Under the pieces are notes generated by a model, which saw only the letters and a program-made list of their open reading frames with translations, had not been told where the DNA came from and did no database searches. From a virus (Duplodnaviria > Heunggongvirae > Uroviricota > Caudoviricetes): a DNA stretch of 32,849 bases. The stretch lies in the IMG/VR virus record IMGVR_UViG_2778261588_000008, positions 1 through 32,849 of that record. One strand, given 5' to 3'. The translations under genes and the position numbers were made by a program. Shown here in pieces: positions 1 to 7,815 of this stretch. Numbering within the stretch: position 1 is the stretch's first letter; each line of letters begins with the position of its first letter.

Positions 1-1314
1 CTAACTTACTGATTTTAATAGATCTCTTGTGTCACTTTGGTGACTATGGGACATCATTGGGACATAATCTGCCAGCTTCTGATTCAGCATGGCGATCTGT
101 TCTGCATTGCTGTCAGTCATCCATGCTCCGTATACATTGAACACCATCTGGGCACTTGCATGGCCCATCTGGCTGGCAATGAAGCTTGGATTTGCTCCGG
201 CAGATAATGACCAGCACGCATAAGTGTGTCGTGACTGGTATGCCTTTCGATACCTGATGCCAGCACGCTTAATGGCTGTTTCCCATGAGTCGCCAATGGA
301 ATCTACCTTGTAGATAAAACCTACCTGTTTGCTTTTTCTAACCACCTGGGGGTTAAATACGAAAGTACATTCATGATTCACTGAACGTCCATATTCACGT
401 AGTTGCACCTTGATGTGGTGCTGCTTACCCAGTCTTGTCATTTCAGCCTGATTTTTCAGGACACTGATAGCGGGCTGGATAAGATGCACAACCCTGTTTG
501 TACTTGCTTCAGTTTTAGGTAGAGTGAACTCACCGAGTTTCGTATAATTGCGCCTGATAGTAATTGTTCCTGCTTTCAGATCGATATCTTCCCAGGCCAG
601 GGAGACCAGTTCACCATGACGCATTCCTGTGTACACAGCCAATGACCACAGGTTTTTTGTCTGCTGATGCCGGCAAGCATCTATCAGGCGAATAAATTCG
701 TCACGAGTTAGCGGATCTGGCTCTGCCCTGGCTTTTTTAAGAGGCTTAATTCTCTCGAAGGGATTTGCTTCTAAGTAACCGTGATCTGCAGCAAACTGGA
801 ACATTCCAGCGATTGTCGTCATGTAATAATTTACTGTGACAACGCTTCGTCCTTTTACTCGAGCTTTACCTTTTGTTGGATTTTGGTATCCGGTCAGCAA
901 ATCTTTCCTGATATACAGCAATTCCTCTTTGGTCACCGTTGACACCAGTCTGCTACCTCCAATTTTCGGAACCATCGTTCTTGCAACGGATTTATAGCGA
1001 TTGAATGCATTTGCAGAGATTTCCATGCGTTTCAGATCCAGCCACTTTTCTTCAAGTTCTTTCACCGTAATTTCTTTTTTATTTACCCCAAAAGCCTTGA
1101 GGTTAGGAGAGTCAGGGAACTGCGCAGCATAATCAAAGTTTCCTGTACGAATGGCAAAACATACAGATGTCCGCAGCTCTCCGGCGATCTTCCTGTTCTT
1201 GACAGTGTCAGGGACACCAAGATTTTCCCTGACACGTTTACCTTTAAAATTAAACCAGATGCGTAATGTGCCGCCGTGGTTTTCGACGCCTGTTGGATAT
1301 TTGACTTTATCCAT
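1..1314 (-). CDS. int: phage integrase, tyrosine recombinase (lambdoid / Rac IntR-like)
   Basis: 437-aa ORF, ATG at 1314 with GGAGG SD 5 nt upstream, TAG stop at 1-3. N-terminus PTGVE..IRIWF.FKGKR resembles lambdoid/Rac integrases; C-terminal half has tyrosine-recombinase layout (R..HxxR..Y). Excisionase-like gene directly upstream on same strand. Confidence 0.9.
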   Translation of the reverse strand: MDKVKYPTGVENHGGTLRIWFNFKGKRVRENLGVPDTVKNRKIAGELRTSVCFAIRTGNFDYAAQFPDSPNLKAFGVNKKEITVKELEEKWLDLKRMEISANAFNRYKSVARTMVPKIGGSRLVSTVTKEELLYIRKDLLTGYQNPTKGKARVKGRSVVTVNYYMTTIAGMFQFAADHGYLEANPFERIKPLKKARAEPDPLTRDEFIRLIDACRHQQTKNLWSLAVYTGMRHGELVSLAWEDIDLKAGTITIRRNYTKLGEFTLPKTEASTNRVVHLIQPAISVLKNQAEMTRLGKQHHIKVQLREYGRSVNHECTFVFNPQVVRKSKQVGFIYKVDSIGDSWETAIKRAGIRYRKAYQSRHTYACWSLSAGANPSFIASQMGHASAQMVFNVYGAWMTDSNAEQIAMLNQKLADYVPMMSHSHQSDTRDLLKSVS

Positions 1315-1369
1315 TGATACCTCCAGACGCCCAAGAGCGATACGAGCTTACATATTTCATGGTATTAAA

Positions 1370-1606
1370 TCACCCAGGTTGTTTGTTTTTCATTGAAGAG
1401 ACCCAGGCATCTATTGCTTTTCTGTTATACATACATTCACTGGAAGGTTTTGGATTACCGTCTGGCGATACGTGAATATACTCTCTTCCTACCATCCAGC
1501 ATTCTTTCCGGGCTCGGAGAATTGTGCCAGGTTTGAGCCCGGTAATTGCGATAAGAACGCTTTCACAAACCCATTCATTGGGAGCCAGTTGAATCACATT
1601 GCCCAT
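1370..1606 (-). CDS. xis: excisionase (lambda Xis-like)
   Basis: 78-aa ORF immediately upstream of int on same strand; contains E-W...GREY motif comparable to lambda Xis; SD GAGGT 5-6 nt before ATG. Confidence 0.6.
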   Translation of the reverse strand: MGNVIQLAPNEWVCESVLIAITGLKPGTILRARKECWMVGREYIHVSPDGNPKPSSECMYNRKAIDAWVSSMKNKQPG

Positions 1607-1614
1607 GTATTACC

Positions 1615-1761
1615 TCACACAACACTCAGCCCACGGCAGTGGCACCACACTTCAAACATTCGTTTCACAACTTCACGGCAGTAGAAACCGTCAACATCTC
1701 GCGTCAGGTCATAACGATTGCCGTAACGCTGGCGTACCCATAGCTCAAACGCTTTATTCAT
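1615..1761 (-). CDS. hypothetical small protein (48 aa)
   Basis: Hand-translated ORF MNKAFELWVRQRYGNRYDLTRDVDGFYCREVVKRMFEVWCHCRGLSVV, below ORF-track length cutoff; stop overlaps SD of xis. No recognisable domain. Confidence 0.3.
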   Translation of the reverse strand: MNKAFELWVRQRYGNRYDLTRDVDGFYCREVVKRMFEVWCHCRGLSVV

Positions 1762-1764
1762 TCG

Positions 1765-2007
1765 CTACTTCCTTTTCATGGCTCGTAATTTTTTCAGATG
1801 AGCTTCCTGCTCTGTTTCTGCCAGAATTTGTCGGTATTCCTGGTGATCGATCCGTTCAAACGATTCATTAAAATCGTTCATTTTTACCGATTGTGTTCGC
1901 CCATCCATTCTTCTGTACAACACGGTGTTATTTATGCAGCGAATAATTTTTACCGGGTAACCGGCACTGTCGGTATACAGTTGTCCCTGATTAATCAAAG
2001 CAAACAT
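1765..2007 (-). CDS. hypothetical protein (80 aa)
   Basis: Internal ATG of the 1765-2130 ORF with strong SD (AGGAG, 5-nt spacer) at MFALINQ; the longer upstream extension lacks an SD. Confidence 0.5.
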   Translation of the reverse strand: MFALINQGQLYTDSAGYPVKIIRCINNTVLYRRMDGRTQSVKMNDFNESFERIDHQEYRQILAETEQEAHLKKLRAMKRK

Positions 2008-2038
2008 TTTTTCTCCTGCTCTCTGAATAGTGAGAACT

Positions 2039-2410
2039 TCAGAGCCGTATGTTTGTAGCGGGTTCAATACTGATAATTTCTGCTGAGATAAGCATCCCGG
2101 CAAGCCAGAGTTCTCCGGACAGGTCTTCATCCTGACATATCAGTTCGCCAATATTAATGGTGGCCATGATATCTGTTTCCCCTGTGCGCTCATCCTTGAC
2201 TTCTTCATAAGGCAGCGTTGCGTACAGGCTTTCAATAGCGCAACTGATAACATCCAGTCCGGTCAGATTGCCGCCGACAGTAACTTCGAATGTTTCGCGG
2301 TATTCCCATAGTCCGAAAGTTAATCGAACGGTTTGGTTTGCCATGCGTCCGCATGACGTCAGATTCGGGTCATAGTTCATTATTTGCGGTTGAGTATTCT
2401 GGGTGTTCAT
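2039..2410 (-). CDS. hypothetical protein (123 aa)
   Basis: ORF 2039-2485 trimmed to the ATG (MNTQNTQ) with AAGGGA SD at 7-nt spacing; avoids overlap with upstream SPFH gene; preceded by a 7-bp GC hairpin (2417-2435). Confidence 0.5.
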   Translation of the reverse strand: MNTQNTQPQIMNYDPNLTSCGRMANQTVRLTFGLWEYRETFEVTVGGNLTGLDVISCAIESLYATLPYEEVKDERTGETDIMATINIGELICQDEDLSGELWLAGMLISAEIISIEPATNIRL

Positions 2411-2450
2411 CTGCATTTCCCTTAGCCCGGCGGCCTGCCGGGCATATAAG

Positions 2451-3278
2451 TTATTTAATCTGGATAAATGGTGTATTGGCACCACTGGTCATGTATTGCG
2501 GCAGTGTACCGTTCCACTTGTTGATGGCTTCCAGCTCCATGACGCCTGGGTTCTGGCGTAGAGCTTCGCCGCGTAAACGAATGGCATCGGCTTCTGCCTG
2601 GGCTTTTGTTCGAATGGCATCAGCCTGTCCGGCAGCTTCCGCACGTAGCATGTTGGCCTCCGCTTCACGTTGCTTGACTTCCTGCTCGCGCTGCAGGGTT
2701 TTCTGGTTTGCCGTGACTTTGGCGTTAATGCTGTCGATAACGGTTGGAGGGTATTCCGGTTTACCTACATAAGAGAGGCTCATTACCTGAATGCCGATGG
2801 GTGTCATCTCTTCCTGAATGTCTTTAAGTGCGGCATCCAGTAGTTCAGACTTGCCACCGTCGATAAATTTGTCAGTGGTCATTTTGCTGGCCAGCCGATT
2901 GAGTGCGTCGGCAATTTTCTGGCGCAGGTCAGTGTCGGTAATGTCATCCACGCCTTTGCGGTAGGTCTGAAACACCGTGGTAACTTTGGATGGATCAACT
3001 TTGTAGGCCACACCGATGTGATAGCCGATGGTTGTACCGTCACTCATCTGGAAACTGAACGGTTCATCGTAGGTCTTCATTTGTTTGAAGGTGGGGAAGA
3101 TATAAACTTCAGTATTCCAGCCAGTCCAGTAGCGACCAACACCGACCACCTCACCGACACCTTTGTCGTCGCCTAGTTTATTTACCTTGATGCCAACATT
3201 ACCTGGTTCAACGCGATCGCAACCGACAAGGCCAATAGTCGGCAGAACAATGGCTAAAGCAAAAATAATTTTTTTCAT
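2451..3278 (-). CDS. SPFH/band-7 (stomatin/prohibitin/HflK-C-like) lipoprotein
   Basis: 275 aa; N-terminal signal with lipobox LVGC; central SPFH-like region followed by Ala/Glu/Arg/Gln-rich coiled coil (REQEVKQREAEANMLRAEAAGQADAIRTKAQAEADAIRLRGEA) typical of band-7 proteins; SD AAGGA 7 nt before ATG; start overlaps stop of upstream small membrane ORF. Confidence 0.8.
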   Translation of the reverse strand: MKKIIFALAIVLPTIGLVGCDRVEPGNVGIKVNKLGDDKGVGEVVGVGRYWTGWNTEVYIFPTFKQMKTYDEPFSFQMSDGTTIGYHIGVAYKVDPSKVTTVFQTYRKGVDDITDTDLRQKIADALNRLASKMTTDKFIDGGKSELLDAALKDIQEEMTPIGIQVMSLSYVGKPEYPPTVIDSINAKVTANQKTLQREQEVKQREAEANMLRAEAAGQADAIRTKAQAEADAIRLRGEALRQNPGVMELEAINKWNGTLPQYMTSGANTPFIQIK

Positions 3279-3463
3279 CTTTTATCCTTAGTGAAAGAAA
3301 GACCCTTGTAAATGGCATAAATGCAGGGCGGGGTCAGAAACGCCAGTGCAAAGCCAGAAATAACTGCTATCGTATCCTTCATGGATATAAGGAACGGAAC
3401 GAATAATCCGTAAATGCATGCGATAATTGCCAGTAAAATTACTATTTTGAAATACAGTCTCAT
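3275..3463 (-). CDS. small membrane protein (62 aa, 2 predicted TM helices)
   Basis: Hydrophobic ORF; stop overlaps start of the SPFH gene (ATGA-type coupling), as in SPFH + small membrane partner pairs. Confidence 0.55.
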   Translation of the reverse strand: MRLYFKIVILLAIIACIYGLFVPFLISMKDTIAVISGFALAFLTPPCIYAIYKGLSFTKDKR

Positions 3464-3486
3464 TGGTCTGTGGTATCCCGATATTT

Positions 3487-3594
3487 TTAACCGACTGACA
3501 GCGCAATAAAGAGAATAATGATTTCAGTTAGTGTCAGCACTGTGGCAAGGATTAAAATCAGTTTTACTCTGTTTAATTCACGGTTGCTTTTCAT
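3487..3594 (-). CDS. possible membrane micro-protein (35 aa)
   Basis: Hand-translated MKSNRELNRVKLILILATVLTLTEIIILFIALSVG; single predicted TM helix; no convincing SD, so low confidence. Confidence 0.25.
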   Translation of the reverse strand: MKSNRELNRVKLILILATVLTLTEIIILFIALSVG

Positions 3595-3639
3595 ATAAAC
3601 GGTTAGTAAAAAATGGAAGAATTATAGTCTTCTTAATAT

Positions 3640-4221
3640 TTAATGTGTCACTGGCGCTTCTGGCATACCATGAGTATTCAGGTCGTTAATCATTTCATCC
3701 AGAAGGAGTTCAAGCCCTTCGCGCCCCATAGCAGAGAGAATGAAACCATTATCAGGATCTGCGATGAGCATTTTTTGATAGAGAAACAGAACTCGCCCCA
3801 TGCCTTCAGTTTCGCCATATTTTTCAATAAATCCCCATTCGACATGGTTTTGCAGGGCAATGCGAAGTGGTCCTGGGTATATACTCATGCAACCATGTTT
3901 CCCCTTATAAATAACTGCGCGATCTGTCGTCCCGTTATCGTTAGGGATATCAATAGTGCCGTTCTTGTTTTCCTCTTCACTGATAAACGTTGCCACATAC
4001 AGCCAGCGCCATTGAGCAACCTTCATATCGACTGAAAATCTTCCCAGGAATCTGGCATCATCGGCTTCAGCAATACATTGCATGATTCTTAAGCCGTGCC
4101 AGTATGGATTGTCGTATTCACCATCATTAAGTCGCTGTACGGCCTCAACATAATCAATGGTTGTATTGTCAATTTTTATGCCATGAGCTGTCGCTTCTGG
4201 TTTGAATTCAAAATTGTTCAT
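3640..4221 (-). CDS. hypothetical protein (193 aa)
   Basis: ORF 3640-4296 trimmed to ATG at 4221 (MNNFEFK) with AAGGAA SD; start overlaps stop of upstream 62-aa ORF. No recognisable motif. Confidence 0.6.
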   Translation of the reverse strand: MNNFEFKPEATAHGIKIDNTTIDYVEAVQRLNDGEYDNPYWHGLRIMQCIAEADDARFLGRFSVDMKVAQWRWLYVATFISEEENKNGTIDIPNDNGTTDRAVIYKGKHGCMSIYPGPLRIALQNHVEWGFIEKYGETEGMGRVLFLYQKMLIADPDNGFILSAMGREGLELLLDEMINDLNTHGMPEAPVTH

Positions 4222-4406
4222 AATGTTTGTTCCTTTGCTGGTGGAATAATCGTGTAACCCGCTCTTTTTGCCATCCACAGAAATGTATCCATGCAACCAA
4301 CGAATTCATTATCCAACAGATGTTTTGAGTAAATTACTTCACCATTTTCAATGGTTAGCAACACTCTTACTTTTTTATGTGTTATGTTCTGTTGTTTTTC
4401 TTTCAT
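4218..4406 (-). CDS. hypothetical protein (62 aa)
   Basis: ATG at 4406 with GGGAGA SD 7 nt upstream; translationally coupled to the 193-aa gene. Confidence 0.5.
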   Translation of the reverse strand: MKEKQQNITHKKVRVLLTIENGEVIYSKHLLDNEFVGCMDTFLWMAKRAGYTIIPPAKEQTL

Positions 4407-4610
4407 TTATTTATCTCCCATATGCTTTGCGCAAATACAGGTTGGCTATATGAAGATAAGAATCTCCATGTTGTGCAATGAGGCAGGCAGTTTTATACGA
4501 TGCCTTATTTTTCAGGAAAGCCATAACATAATCTCCTGCGAATAAAGGTTGCAACAATCCCCGGCGATAAAACCGTAATAAACATTCAGTGAATATTTAT
4601 TGTTATTGCG

Positions 4611-4802
4611 CTAATTCTTTTTGACTGCAGCTTTCGAATATTCACATGCAAAAGACAGGATTTCATCACCTAATGTTTTTGCATTCTGATTATTTGACAT
4701 CTGTAAAACTTGCGCAGCGCACAACAGACTATGAATGTTTATTGCAAATGAATCCGATGCCAGACAAATACCTTCGAAATTGTCATGGATATTACTATTC
4801 AC
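4611..4802 (-). CDS. small protein, stand-alone paralog of the N-terminal domain of the upstream HTH protein
   Basis: 63-aa ORF with GTG start at 4802 and AAGGAG SD 8 nt upstream that overlaps the stop of the 150-aa gene. Shares DSFA(L/I)NI..LL.A......K.LG.E...F..EY..AA with residues ~25-75 of the 150-aa protein. Confidence 0.5.
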   Translation of the reverse strand: MNSNIHDNFEGICLASDSFAINIHSLLCAAQVLQMSNNQNAKTLGDEILSFACEYSKAAVKKN

Positions 4803-4807
4803 TGCTG

Positions 4808-5260
4808 TTACTCCTTTGCAGCATTGCTACCAGTCAATAACCACATCGGATCGCAGCCAAGAATATTTGCCAGTGGGATAAGCATACTGATGGTTGGTTC
4901 ATACTCTCCGCTCTCCCACTGGATGATGATTTCTTCATCAAGAGCGAGCAGCCTGGCGAGTTCGGCTGTTGTTAAGCCGCAGGCTTCGCGTTGGGTGCGA
5001 AGGTTAACCAGCCAGCTTTCAGGGAAGGATTGTTTTTGTTGTGCAGGAGAAGCAGCAGATAGAGCATATTCATGGATAAATTCCATTACCTCAATGCCCA
5101 GTTCCTTTGAGCGAGCACAATCCAGAAGATGGAATGTGCGTACAGCACTTAGCAAATTTGCAATATTTAATGCAAAGGAATCAAGTTCTAAGCCCTTAAG
5201 CGTAACACAGCCGCAGTTGATAAAATTAGTTGTTTCTGGAGTTGCTTTTAGTGTCTTCAT
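4808..5260 (-). CDS. XRE-family HTH DNA-binding protein with N-terminal accessory domain
   Basis: 150 aa; C-terminal HTH_XRE-like segment (GLTTAELARLLALDEEIIIQWESGEYEPTISMLIPLANILG); first gene downstream of a strong leftward promoter; SD GGTGGA. Confidence 0.7.
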   Translation of the reverse strand: MKTLKATPETTNFINCGCVTLKGLELDSFALNIANLLSAVRTFHLLDCARSKELGIEVMEFIHEYALSAASPAQQKQSFPESWLVNLRTQREACGLTTAELARLLALDEEIIIQWESGEYEPTISMLIPLANILGCDPMWLLTGSNAAKE

Positions 5261-5313
5261 ATATCCACCAACAATTTTAAATTGAATTAAATCAAGTTAT
5301 AATTGATGGTGCG

Positions 5314-5342
5314 ATATTATGCTTTGGGAAATAGGCTGTCAA
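5314..5342 (-). promoter_or_regulatory. leftward early promoter (PL analog): TTGACA - 17 bp - TAATAT
   Basis: On minus strand: -35 TTGACA (5342-5337), 17-nt spacer, -10 TAATAT (5319-5314). A 17-bp near-palindrome ATCAAGTTATAATTGAT (5291-5307) sits at the predicted transcription start and is a candidate OL operator. Confidence 0.55.
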
Positions 5343-5372
5343 GAAAAAATTGATATCGTATATTTCAGGCAG

Positions 5373-5392
5373 AAAAAAACGGGCAAAGCCCG
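5373..5392 (-). terminator. intrinsic terminator downstream of cI
   Basis: On minus strand CGGGC-TTT-GCCCG hairpin followed by T7, 14 nt after the cI stop codon. Confidence 0.7.
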
Positions 5393-5405
5393 TTAAAATC
5401 AAAGA

Positions 5406-6095
5406 CTAACCAAATCTGTTTATGTTGAATGGTACTGATGAGATCACTTTAGACTGGATATAAAGCAGAGCTAACCCCTCTTTTTCGATGCTCCATGGTT
5501 GATAATTGGGGTTATCAGATAACACCATGATTTTGCTTCCAATTTTTTGAAGCCTTTTCACGTAGCATTCTCCATCAAAACAAAATGCATAAATACCATC
5601 GCCATCAAAATAAGTTACTGTCTTATCAAGAAAAAGAAGGTCGCCAGGTGAGATTGTGGGAGCCATACTGTCTCCTCTGGCGTTACCTATTTCTATATTT
5701 TTGAATGCCCGATTTCCAACAAGACGTCGGGCATATTCAGGATCAAGTTCTATTGAGCGCACTACATCTATCAAGTCACCACGGACATGAGTTCCATCAC
5801 CGCAACTAAACTCAACATCAAGGACATTAAACACGACGCTATCTGTTCTTGTCTGGTGTTTCTCTTGCGAGGAAAAGGTTGGTGAGGAGTCTTCACCTAA
5901 GAACCAGGATTGTGGATAACCGCTAATCTCTGATAAATGCGCGAGCTTATCACTCCGTGGAAATGTTTTTCCTGTTGTCCAGTACTGCACTGATTGCGCA
6001 CTCACACCTAACTTGCGGGCCAGTTGAGCCTGAGTCCATCCTTTTGCTTTCAGCATCGCGGCTATTCGATTTTCCGTGTTTTTGACGTTCTTCAT
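5406..6095 (-). CDS. cI: CI-type prophage repressor (N-terminal HTH + C-terminal S24/LexA-like autopeptidase)
   Basis: 229 aa; N-terminal HTH (GWTQAQLARKLGVSAQSVQYW); C-terminal G-D-S-M (Ser nucleophile) and downstream Lys in YVKRL, as in lambda CI/LexA; divergent from cro-like gene. Confidence 0.9.
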   Translation of the reverse strand: MKNVKNTENRIAAMLKAKGWTQAQLARKLGVSAQSVQYWTTGKTFPRSDKLAHLSEISGYPQSWFLGEDSSPTFSSQEKHQTRTDSVVFNVLDVEFSCGDGTHVRGDLIDVVRSIELDPEYARRLVGNRAFKNIEIGNARGDSMAPTISPGDLLFLDKTVTYFDGDGIYAFCFDGECYVKRLQKIGSKIMVLSDNPNYQPWSIEKEGLALLYIQSKVISSVPFNINRFG

Positions 6096-6228
6096 GACCA
6101 GGTCCTGTGGGTTTCTTTACAAGGATAAATCTTTACTTGATTTTAGTGTATTCGATCCTTTTGCAACTTGCATGTTAATTTAATCTTGATGTATTCTTGT
6201 GTTATCAAGTTAATATTGGTGTTTTGCT
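6096..6228. promoter_or_regulatory. divergent immunity control region (OR / PRM / PR analog)
   Basis: 133-bp intergenic region between divergent cI and cro. Repeated half-site CTTGAT/ATCAAG (6136-6141, 6185-6190, 6204-6209); 17-mer ATCAAGTTAATATTGGT (6204-6220) matches the OL 17-mer at 13/17; candidate PR TTGCAT-18-TATTCT. Confidence 0.5.
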
Positions 6229-6528
6229 ATGAAAGGAAATGATTACGACGTACTTCGCGCATTAATTGCGCAAAATGCCATTGCACGAAACCTTGGTGTA
6301 ACTCCGCAAGCGGTGAATCAGTGGTTTTCAAAAAACACAATTCCTGCTCGTTTTGTTTTACGCGTATGTGAAGTAGTTGCATGGAAGGTCACGCCACATG
6401 GCTTAAGGCCAGATCTTTATCCTCACCCTGAAGATGGAATTCCTGATTCGTTACGCAAAATTTCAAATCCAAGCCTAGCGCGCACGGAAGATGGGCAGAG
6501 TGATTCATCAGAAATGTCCACGCGATGA
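6229..6528 (+). CDS. cro: Cro-like HTH regulator (YdaS/Cro family)
   Basis: 99 aa; HTH with GVTPQAVNQW signature of Cro/YdaS-type proteins; divergently arranged with cI. Weak SD, short leader. Confidence 0.7.
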   Translation: MKGNDYDVLRALIAQNAIARNLGVTPQAVNQWFSKNTIPARFVLRVCEVVAWKVTPHGLRPDLYPHPEDGIPDSLRKISNPSLARTEDGQSDSSEMSTR

Positions 6529-6604
6529 ACGGTTACTGAACGAAAAAAGAAAAGCCGGGCCGCACTCCGTCAGCCCGACTTATTCTGATTAGTAAGGGGA
6601 TTTC

Positions 6605-7459
6605 ATGATGATCAATAAACAAAAAATAGTCAACCCTGAAAACTTGCCAGTTATTGAGTGGCAGGGAGTACGTGTAGTTACCACCGAAACGTTGGCGGCG
6701 GGATATGGAACAACGCCAATCCGTATACAACAGAACTACATTCGAAACGAAGATCGTTTCGTTGAGGGTAAACACTTTTTCAAAATCAGCGGTGATGAGC
6801 TGAAATCTTTCCGACTATCTTTTAGCGAGTCGGTTAATAAACATACAACATCACTTGTCCTCTGGACAGAACGCGGCGCTGCCCGCATGTCAAAAATCGT
6901 CGATACAGACGAGGCCTGGTCGTTCTTCGAAAAAATGGAGCAGGCGTATTTTCGTAAAGCAACGCCTTCTTCAAACACTATTCCAGACTTTGACGATCCG
7001 ATCGCTGCTGCTGAAGCGTGGATTGAAGCCAAAAAATCCGAACGCCTTGCTCTCGGGTATGCAGAGCGTCAGGCTCGCTACATCAGCAAACTCGAAAGCC
7101 ATCTCGCCGATGGCATCACTCCTGTGCAGTTCTGCAAACAACTCAACGGTGTAAACACTCGTCAGATTAATGCGTTCCTTGAAGAGCGTAACTGGCTGTA
7201 TGACGACCGTCCGGAGGCTATGTATCCGCGCTGGCGTGTAAAAGCGTATGCACGTGACCAATACCTGACTGAGCGTTCTGGGCAGGTTGAGCAGGAAAAC
7301 GGGGAAATGCGCGAGATTTTCAAACCACTCCTGAAGAAAAAAGGTGCCGCCTGGTTATATCGCCATTATCTGAACGGTGAACTACCGATGAAGAAAACAT
7401 GGGATGGGCTGTTTACCCATAACACTGAGCTCGCGAATCTTTTACAGGAGAACAAATAA
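6605..7459 (+). CDS. phage antirepressor-like protein (ORF6N-type N-terminal domain)
   Basis: 284 aa; AAGGGG SD; N-terminal VVTTETLAAGYGTTPIRIQQNYIRNEDRFVEGKHFFKISGDEL resembles ORF6N/antirepressor DNA-binding domains; C-terminal domain unassigned. Confidence 0.6.
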   Translation: MMINKQKIVNPENLPVIEWQGVRVVTTETLAAGYGTTPIRIQQNYIRNEDRFVEGKHFFKISGDELKSFRLSFSESVNKHTTSLVLWTERGAARMSKIVDTDEAWSFFEKMEQAYFRKATPSSNTIPDFDDPIAAAEAWIEAKKSERLALGYAERQARYISKLESHLADGITPVQFCKQLNGVNTRQINAFLEERNWLYDDRPEAMYPRWRVKAYARDQYLTERSGQVEQENGEMREIFKPLLKKKGAAWLYRHYLNGELPMKKTWDGLFTHNTELANLLQENK

Positions 7460-7668
7460 TGCAAACCAAGACGTGTGTAACTGGTGATGTCGATCTGAAA
7501 CCTTGCCCGTTCTGCGGAAATCCGGAAGTACAACTCATTGAGGTGAAATATTTTCTGGATGGCGATGATGGTTATTACGTCGCATGTACTTGCTGTAACG
7601 CAAACCAGATCCCTGATTCGAAAGAACGTGCTGTTCATGACTGGAACCAGCGTGAAAACGCGGATTGA
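7459..7668 (+). CDS. lar: Lar-family restriction alleviation protein
   Basis: 69 aa; KPCPFCG...C.CC zinc-ribbon pattern and AVHDWNQR tail typical of Lar (Rac prophage restriction alleviation) family; start overlaps upstream stop (TAATG). Confidence 0.6.
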   Translation: MQTKTCVTGDVDLKPCPFCGNPEVQLIEVKYFLDGDDGYYVACTCCNANQIPDSKERAVHDWNQRENAD

Positions 7669-7793
7669 CGGCGAGTAGGTACAAAATGATCCGCAACCAA
7701 CATATTGATTCTGCACTTTTGGGACGTTACACTGTCTCTGCACCTTATAAAGCGGGGGCCGGGCGTGGAAACCCGAAATTCAATATAGAGCAC

Positions 7794-7815
7794 AACCGCG
7801 CTCATGCGGTTTTTT
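7794..7815 (+). terminator. candidate intrinsic terminator between lar and rha
   Basis: AACCGC-GCTCAT-GCGGTT hairpin followed by T-run (7810-7815). Confidence 0.35.

Noticed and set aside
1083-1396. Two ORFs (83 aa minus, 81 aa plus) overlapping the 5' end of int
   Set aside because: Shadow ORFs within or antisense to the integrase gene; no independent support.
2290-2772. 160-aa plus-strand ORF antisense to the SPFH gene
   Set aside because: Overlaps a well-supported minus-strand gene; Ala/Ser/Arg-rich antisense-type composition; no SD.
3288-3506. 72-aa minus-strand ORF overlapping the 62-aa membrane protein gene in another frame
   Set aside because: Translation is not protein-like and it overlaps the better-supported hydrophobic ORF that is translationally coupled to the SPFH gene.
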